Below are positions 55,748 through 64,000 of a DNA stretch of 64,000 bases, piece after piece; position 1 is the stretch's first letter; each line of letters opens with the position of its first letter. The DNA is from Rhizophagus irregularis (lineage: Eukaryota), in contig NC_089429.1 in assembly GCF_026210795.1 (NCBI RefSeq), forward strand, positions 5,022,001-5,086,000, read 5' to 3'. A program made the position numbers and the translations under genes. Below the pieces are notes generated by a model that saw only the letters and a list, made by a program, of their open reading frames with translations, was not told the DNA's origin and searched no databases.

Positions 55748-57195
55748 TGGTGCAACCACGTTAAGTATACGTGGATGACTACCGGGAGGAGAGATATAAA
55801 GCCTTAGGAGTCGTAATGGAACGCTCCAGTCCGTCCTTAAAAGGACCTATTGCCGAAGCAAAGACCATAAACAGTACAGAGTCTGCCTCCCCGGTGTTTA
55901 GTGCGCGTTCATATTTTAATTCAAAGAAACAGTATCATGGTGCAACCACGTTAAGTACGCGTGGATGACTACCGGGAGGAGAGATATAAAGCCTTAGGAG
56001 TCATAATGGAACGCCCAGTCCATCCTTAAAAGGATCTATTGCCGAAGCAAAGACCATAAGCAATACAGGGTCTGCCTCCCCGGTGTTTAATGCGCGTTCA
56101 TATTTTTTAATCTTCAAATAAAATATATTGTTAATATATTGTTAATATATTGAATTAAAAATTTATTATTACTTTATCAATTAAATATATTTATTATACC
56201 TTTTCCATGAGTTCTGATGTAATATTTTTTGAGCAATCTAAGTTTTTCAGAATCACAGATATATTTTGATCCTTTCTTTTCCAATTAATTTTAAAGAAAC
56301 AGTATCATGGTGCAACTACGTTAGGTATACGTGGATGTCTGCCGGGAGGAGAGATATAAAGCCTTAGGAGTCATAATGGAACGCCCCAGTCCATCCTTAA
56401 AAGGACCTATTGCCGAAGCAAAGACTATAAGCAATACAGGGTCTGCCTCCCGCGGTGTTTAGTGCGCGTTCATATTTTAATTCAAAGAAACAGTATCATA
56501 ATGCAACCACGTTAAGTACGCGTGGGAGGAGAGAGATAAAGCCTAATGGAAACGCCCCAGTCCATCCTTAAAAGGACCTATTGTCGAAGCAAAGACCATA
56601 GGCAATACAGGGTCTGCCTCCCCGGTGTTTAATGCGCGTTCATATTTTTTAATCTTCAAATAAAATATATTGTTAATATATTGTTAATATATTGAATTAA
56701 AAATTTATTATTACTTTATCAATTAAATATATTTATTATACCTTTTCCATGAGTTCTGAAGTAATATTTTTTGAGCAATCTAAGTTTTTCAGAATCACAG
56801 ATATATTTTGATCCTTTCTTTTCCAATTAATTTTAAAGAAACAGTATCATGGTGCAACCACGTTAAGTACGCGTGGATGACTACCGGGAGGAGAGATATA
56901 AAGCCTTAGGAGTCATAATGGAACGCCCAGTCCATCCTTAAAAGGATCTATTGCCGAAGCAAAGACTATAAGCAATACAGGGTCTGCCTCCCCGGTGTTT
57001 AGTGCGCGTTCATATTTTTGATTTAAAGAAACAGTATCATTGGTACAACTACGTTAGGTATACGTGGATGTATACCGGGAGGAGAGATATAAAGATTTAG
57101 GAGTCATATTGGAACGCTCCAGTCCATTCTTAAAAGGACCTATTGCCGAAGCAAAGACCGTAAGTAATACAGGGTCAGCCTCCCCGGTGTTGGTG
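55748..57195 (+). repeat. Array of six ~150-190-nt GC-rich fold-back units with two AT-rich spacers (higher-order period ~550 bp)
   Basis: Units start at 55748, 55938, 56308, 56499, 56850 and 57041 (TGGTGCAACCACGTTAAG...GCCTCCCCGGTG). Near-identical spacers at ~56100-56290 and ~56640-56832. Confidence 0.95.
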
Positions 57196-57407
57196 AACGC
57201 GAAAGAAAAGAAGTAAGATCTATGAACATGAGTAGATTATAATCTACCAAATAAACCCATGTATCAAGACTGTGTTACACATCTACATATCATGAGTTGC
57301 AGTGTCGCACATGAGCAGAAAATCATTTATCATTAGCGGCACGTCACGACCGTCACAACGTCACGTTGTCGTCAAATAAAAGTTGGGCCTTAGAAAAATG
57401 ACACTAC

Positions 57408-59284
57408 ATGCACGCGTCAACGTGTTCTCAGCTGTGCTCTATTCCTCATAAAGCTCACGAGTTTTTCCACGTAAATCCCTGCTCGAGGTGGCAATTGTGG
57501 CAATTTCGGTATTTCTCTAACAGCCAGAATCCTTGTTCCCAGTTTGCTAGCTCTCTAAGACATATCATGAATGAATGCGAAAACCCTTTGATTGCTAATG
57601 CTGCACAGAATAAGCTTAAAAATGTACAAAATGTTGCGAATTTGACGTGTTTTTTAAAGAACCAGTAACGTGTTTTAACTGAGGGTATACAAATACCTCA
57701 CCGACTTCTGTTTCCTCTTCACATTAGATTAATAAAGAATCCCAACGGAAGCGTAAAGCTAAAGCTACTTCAAGATCCTTGAAAGAAAAGTCGAAGCGTC
57801 AAAGACTCAAACAAAAAGTTCTTCTTGAATCTCACCTCACAGCTCAATTAGAGGCCACTAGCAATGAAAAATTGGCTCTAAATCAAACACATCTCCAGTT
57901 TATCAAGCAAAATGTTAGTTAAGCTTAATCAATAATTTTAGTTTATTGATTACAAACACTAACTGACATTATTCTACACGTAAAAAAGGGTCCAATTATT
58001 TCTAACGAAACATCAGATGGTGTAAGTAAAGAACAAGATACATCCAATGAATCAGATGATGAAAGTGACGATGGATATAAAACTCCAACTCCAATATCGC
58101 AATATTCTTCTGGAGATTCATTCACCGAAAACGAAAAGATTATCATAACTAATATTCCTTCAAATTTATTACAATTAGGAAGTTTAGAATCTGATTTGTG
58201 TATAAATAATGTTAATATATCGGCAAAATTTAGAGCTTATATTAATGAAGCCATTTCACACGCTAATACTGATGGGCTATATGTTGAATCAAATACGCAC
58301 GAGATTTTATCATTATCATCAATACTTGTCTTGATACCAAATTCTTATTCTACAAAAATGGTAGAAATATTTGGTTTGCAAGTACTTGCATCAATTCATC
58401 ATGAATATACGCCGACATTATCTATATCATTGGATACAGAAATTGAGTGCATATATAGGAATGTTATTAAAACATGTTTGAAAGTTTCACGTAGCAATGC
58501 AATTGATCTTTTATGTACAAATCTTGCAAATAGAAATGAATTGAGGAATAATTTTGGGTTTTTAATGCTGGATTTGATAAGAACTCTACCAATCGATAAA
58601 ATCAGGAATGAACCAAGTGAATTAACATTAATCACCAATTATTTAGACAGAATCATGAAAGATGCTTTTCATAACCCGGATAAATATATAGCTCAATGGC
58701 CAAATACGGCCCTAACGGAAAGTAGAATAAGAAAACTTGACGGATCAAGAACGAAACAGCCAGATTTTGTAGTAACGATGAAATATCAGTCTCAGACGAC
58801 AAATATTATTTATGTCGGTGAAGTGTCTGGTCCATCCGAGAAAAACAGCGTATATAAAAACTGTCTTGATTTAATCAGGATAGGTGTGTTTATGAAAGAT
58901 TGCATCGACTCAGCAATTTCGAGAGGAGCCGAGATAAAAATATTAGGATTTCAATGTATCGCATACAAAGTGGATTTCTATATTCTTGATTTAATAAGTG
59001 AAGGATTATATACGATGAATCATATAGCTCAAATTTCGATACCCGAGACAATAAAGGATCTATATATTTTTATAGAAGAGTTACACGTTCTATTAAATAT
59101 ACGAAATATTTTATTGGAATCTTATGATATCTTTATTGATAAACTTGAGAATCCGGGGTCAGCTCAGTTAGAATTAAAATCATCATTCAAAAAGAATACA
59201 TTGGATACTCCTGAATTTAATAGGCTTGTTAGTAAAACTCGTTGTGTAAAAAGGGAATGCCCGTTTTGGTTTGGAAGATATTAA
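57408..59284 (+). CDS. Mucoromycota-type protein with a C-terminal PD-(D/E)xK-like nuclease fold and a bipartite NLS; 3 exons, ~565 aa
   Basis: Exons 57408-57623, 57728-57913, 57989-59284 join in phase 0. Basic RKRK..KSKRQR cluster, acidic linker, then SELTLIT..KQPDFVV..VGEVS..DLIRIGVFMKD..GFQCI..YILDL..GLYTM. Confidence 0.7.
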
Positions 59285-60805
59285 TATTGGATAGTTTTAC
59301 ATTCGGCCTTAGGCATTACCATGAGGTCTTCAGGCGGGTGGAGATAATTGGCTCAATCATTAGTAAAATTCACGATACTTCAGTCTTGAATACAGAAGTT
59401 GTATGAGAAAGTATGAGGAAGTATGAGTTCAACTAAATTTCGTTAAGCATCACATTATATTAGTAATAATTTTCTTTTCAGGTAATTAACAAAATTTTGT
59501 TATGAATTGGATAACTACGCCACATGTAATAATTAGAATCACGTCATCTTTGAACTTTTTGTAAGAACTTTATTATTCATTTTACAATTATTAAATAAAT
59601 TTAATTTTAGATTTGTTTTAAATTAGTATCCGTATCAAGTAATTTAACTTAAATTAAAAACCGGTTTCTGACCGAAAAATATTAGGCTATTCATACCCTT
59701 TTTTGCATATAATACGTATAATACGTTAGGAACCCGGAATTTTTTATTTTATTTTATTTTATTCATTTCAAAAAGAAAGAGTTTTCGCAATTTCATAGTG
59801 ATCTATTTAAATGAACGTTTTAATAACGACGTTTTTAAACGAAATTCTCTGCGCCTTTGGAATTTTATCACGTGAATCAACACGTGTTACAAAATACAAA
59901 TCCAACAACAAAAAAGATTGCTTTTTTAAGTTTTTTTTCGAGAAATAAAAGTTTAAATTTAAACAATTTCTCCATTTGAAATTTGTTTGTTTGTTTTTAT
60001 TCATAATTTTCCGATTTTTTTTAAGAATTCGATTAAGAAATTTCTATAGAAAGTTCGAAGCATAATAGGATCATTGGATCATTGGATCCGCATTTTAATA
60101 CCGATTAAAAATCCGAACGATCTTTAAAAGTGACCTTATTTTGGATCAAATTTTTTACCCATTAATTCTTTTTTTTTTAAAAAAAAATTACTAGTATTTT
60201 TTTAATTATTATTATTGCCAATGAAGAAAAATGAGACGTTTCCTTTCCAAACATATGTTGGAATTATGTGATGTGGCGCATACTCATATTGTACAAGTAT
60301 AATAAATTAACTAGTTGAACTAGTTTATCTTAATTACATGTATGAATTATGTAATTTAATTAAAAGGGTCACCACCATCCTAAAAAAACTAAAAGGTTCT
60401 AGAAAGGTATGACATTATGAACGGTGTAAAATATGCTCATGATTCACTTAAGGAATTTCCGGGAATGGGAATCGGCAGAAACGCCACATCATTACTCTAT
60501 TTAGGTTTAAAGGGTTTAATAATTATAAGAGGTTTTATATTTAGTACTATTGTAACTGGTTAAGTATAAGTATGGTAACTGATTGAGTATAATATATGAT
60601 AATATTGACGTTTAGACAAAGTAATGTAGACAATCTTTATGAAATTTGGCATGTTTCAGGAAAGTATATAAAAATGCCAACTTTTTCATCTTTATCCTTT
60701 CATTGAAACTTTTAAAAAACTTATTTTTATTAAAAAAAAAATAACAAAGTAACCCCTACTTTTTTTTTCTTTTCTTTTTTTTTAAAAAAAATAAACCAAT
60801 TAAAA

Positions 60806-61564
60806 ATGAAATTCTCACCAATTTTTATTATTTATACCATTTATTTCACCACATTTTTATTCACTAAAAATCAAGCATGTGAACAAAGTTGTCGGGATGG
60901 TATCTCATTAGCATTTTGTAATAGTTATACACAAGAATGGAATCCACTTTTTGATACTCTTGGTTCAAATTTAACGAATAATATTTATACTGGATTAAAT
61001 GTTAATATTGATCAAGTTAAAATTTTGGTTGATACAGCAATTTTAAATCAAGTTAATAAATCAAAAACAGAATTTTCTAATAATTGTAAAGATATTGTTG
61101 AAGATTCAATATTTTCAAAAGATCCAAAATTTAAAGGACAATGTCAAAAACCTTTAAAAGTTATACAACCTAAACCTGGAGTTAATTGGACATTAAGTGA
61201 TTGTGAACAACAAGATTATATTTGTGGAAATCCTCCTTCAATTTGTCATTTTATGAATGAACATGTTAAACCAAGAAATGTTGAATTACTTAAAGAAGCT
61301 TTAAATGATCGTGTTTCAGATAATGGAAATTTTACAAGTTCACTTATTAAAATTACTAATAAAGTTATTACAAATTCTGATTCTTTTGAGAAAAATCAAA
61401 CAAAGGATTTTATGGATATTGTTACAATGAATATTAAATTTGAATTAAAACAATTTGCTACCACTTTTAATAATAGTTTTTGTATCACTGATTCAAATTC
61501 TACAACAACTTCTTGTGATAAATATGATTCAGGAATCAAATCTCTTCTTTTATCTTTTCCTTAA
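60806..61564 (+). CDS. Secreted Cys-rich protein of unknown function
   Basis: Intronless 252-aa ORF with hydrophobic N-terminus ending NQA|CEQSC, 10 Cys, YICGNPPSICHF motif and several NxS/T sites. Confidence 0.8.
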   Translation: MKFSPIFIIYTIYFTTFLFTKNQACEQSCRDGISLAFCNSYTQEWNPLFDTLGSNLTNNIYTGLNVNIDQVKILVDTAILNQVNKSKTEFSNNCKDIVEDSIFSKDPKFKGQCQKPLKVIQPKPGVNWTLSDCEQQDYICGNPPSICHFMNEHVKPRNVELLKEALNDRVSDNGNFTSSLIKITNKVITNSDSFEKNQTKDFMDIVTMNIKFELKQFATTFNNSFCITDSNSTTTSCDKYDSGIKSLLLSFP

Positions 61565-62289
61565 AAAAATTTTTTTTAAAAAAAAAGATTATATAAATAG
61601 GGGTTACTACAATTACACCTTTCTTTTTTTACATTAAATCCGCTTTTTTACCTTTTTTACCTTGTTAGTTCGATTCTAAAAAATTTTTTTTTTGATATGG
61701 ACTTTTTTAAAAAAACTTTTTTTTTTAATAATATCTTTGCTGGGCAATGATATCAAATTTAAATGTAGTAAATGTAGTGTAATTTTTTTATATATATTAT
61801 ATATATTGTAGTTTAATTTTATTACTTTTTTTTTTTAAATAAAATAAATAGATCTTTTACTGATATTACTGATATTCTAAAAATTTTTCTTTATTGAATC
61901 GTATAATTTATTATTGTTTTCGTCTAAATAACATTTTTGGTACTTGATGTCTCTTAAACAATAAGCCCACTAATCAATGATTCCTTTTTCTCTCTCATTT
62001 TTGATTTTTTCATTACAATTCTTATTTAAACAATCCTAAAATAACAACAAAGAATTATAATAAACAAAGATGAAACTTAATGGTAAATAATTGTCTTTCA
62101 CAAAAGGCATGGCGTATACCGACTGTATCACACGCATCACATTGCAGTAAATGATTATTGATATTTCCGTAATAGCGTTCACTCCGAAAATCATACATAT
62201 GGACATACCATTTCATGTTTATTAGCTGCAGTAGTAAATGACTATTGATATTAATCGGAGTCTTTTATAGTGTTCACTTCGAAAATAAT

Positions 62290-63210
62290 ATATACCATCT
62301 CACGCTTATTAACCGCAGTAGCAAATGATTGTTACTATTGATCGCAATATCTTTAATTGACCGTAATAGTGTTTACTTCGAAAATAATACTGTATAAAAT
62401 AAAATAGATCAAGAAATTTCATACCATCTCACGCTTATTAACCGCAATACTATTGATTGCAGTAGTATCCTTTAATTGACCGTAGCAGCTACCGTAGTAG
62501 TTCACATTTTATCACATTTATAAGTTTCAAAAATAATATAAATAGATCAAGAAATTTCATAACATTTTTGATTTCTACATCTTTGTGCATGGGTATTAAC
62601 TGGCTAGTGAGGATTTTTATCTGAAGCCAGTTGTTTGCTATTTGCAAACTTCCCAATCGCATCATCTTTCGCAATAGTCGGAAGAGAATTTTTTTAAAAA
62701 AGGGGAAACCCTATAAGAAATTTTAGCGGGTTGGGAGTGTAAAAATGTGAAGTGTAAATAATTTTTAGTATAGTACATCATATTTATTATACAATATGAT
62801 TTTGTTACGAAATCCAATAATATTCGTTATCATCATCATAAATTATAGAAATACGCGAAAAAAAATAATAAATAATTGTTTTAACATAAAAATAACTCTT
62901 TATTTAAGTGACTTCATATACAACTAATAAAATTTGTTCGACACAGTTCAAAAAAAAACAAGTATTTTTTTCTAATCTCGTAAAACTTCAATTTAACAAA
63001 CATTATTCCTTTTTATCGGAAGGATGTAAAATAATAATATATCGGTCAATAGTCAATACTCCCCCTCATTTTTTAGGAAATTTAATTGGTTTGATATAAA
63101 TGATATAAATGTATAGTAAATCTTTGTAATACGGGGGGTATAAACGTGGGGAAAGTTTATCAACTTTATCATTCATGCATTCTCTTTATATGCTGATATA
63201 CATCATTTTT
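62290..63210. repeat. Dispersed repeat, copy B
   Basis: Colinear with 18650-19500; extra degenerate subrepeats extend left to ~62140. Confidence 0.85.
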
Positions 63211-64000
63211 CTCGGGTCCTTTACACCAAAAACTATGAGAATAAATTAATGTTTATCGGGATCTCTATTTGTGTAATTCGTTTAAATGAATAATAATTTT
63301 TCACCTTTTTTACCTTTGTAAAACATAATCAAAATATTCTCTCTCCCCCTGCAGCCCAAACATATTATAAAGAACTAGAACTCCGTTCGAACAAAGAAAT
63401 TAAAATCAACTCTATCATGATCAAAAGATAATGATCAAATTGGTCAATGCATAATGTGTTTTGCAACCTACGGAACTTGTATTTGTGAAACAGTTTGAAC
63501 AGTTTGGCGCTACTTTCATCACTGAGTTATCAGATGAATTGTATAGTATATACTAAACTAGTAATTTATAAATTCTAGGAATTTTCATTCATGTATTCTT
63601 ACGGGAAGATTAAATTTAGTATAGCGTTGAAGAACACTCATTTCGAGCAAAATATTGAATAATGAAATTCTTTAACGAGTACTAAAAATATTTTTCTATA
63701 AAATCATTATTTTTTCGCTCGAGAGTGGATTTTCCGGATCAACTTACGCAAAAATGCTTATAATTATATTATATACTGCTAACGTTCAAAATCTAATTTG
63801 AGAAGAGGATTAAGCCATGTATTGTTTAAAAATAACGATTTTTTATTAGTATTATGATAGCACAATATTTAAACATGACAAAGCATTTAACGATAATTGA
63901 ATCAAATCACACATTGATTAATCAACAATTTCCTTAAAACGTATAATAATATGCAATCTTTATTATTATTATTATTTATAATTATACTTCATATTATATA

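Noticed and set aside
55771..55968. Short ORF in the repeat unit (MDDYREERYK...) as a functional peptide
   Set aside because: Other units carry frameshifts, and differences between units are mostly non-synonymous.
55748..57195. CRISPR array, or hammerhead/HDV ribozyme array
   Set aside because: Units are far longer than CRISPR repeats, spacers are not unique and there are no cas genes. I could not find a CTGANGA/GAAA hammerhead core or a complete HDV pseudoknot on either strand.

Overview
AT-rich, intron-bearing fungal DNA whose gene families (TKL kinase-Sel1, F-box/LRR-like, BTB-SPRY, D5-like helicase relic) point to an arbuscular mycorrhizal fungus (Glomeromycotina); the taxon is inferred. 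The window is dominated by a BTB-(BACK-like)-SPRY/B30.2 cluster (13.7-46.9 kb): seven apparently intact genes, one in-frame SPRY deletion variant, one frameshifted copy and three relics, with conserved BTB halves, variable SPRY loops and mosaic copies. One paralogue has gained two 5' exons encoding a mitochondrial-presequence-like peptide. Also present: a 6-exon kinase with 17 Sel1 repeats and a 1-nt frameshift, an F-box-like gene, an intron-containing tRNA-Asp, a 4-exon YdcZ/DUF606-like DMT transporter missing from the ORF track, a ~20-exon ABCC transporter, a Cys-rich secreted protein, and DNA transposons (hAT, hAT MITEs, a MULE-like element, a non-autonomous Helitron, a Harbinger-like MITE). 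At 55.1-59.3 kb a decayed D5-like primase-helicase is followed by six GC-rich fold-back units interleaved with captured antisense kinase fragments, then an NLS-bearing PD-(D/E)xK-like nuclease gene. All calls were made by eye, without database searches.
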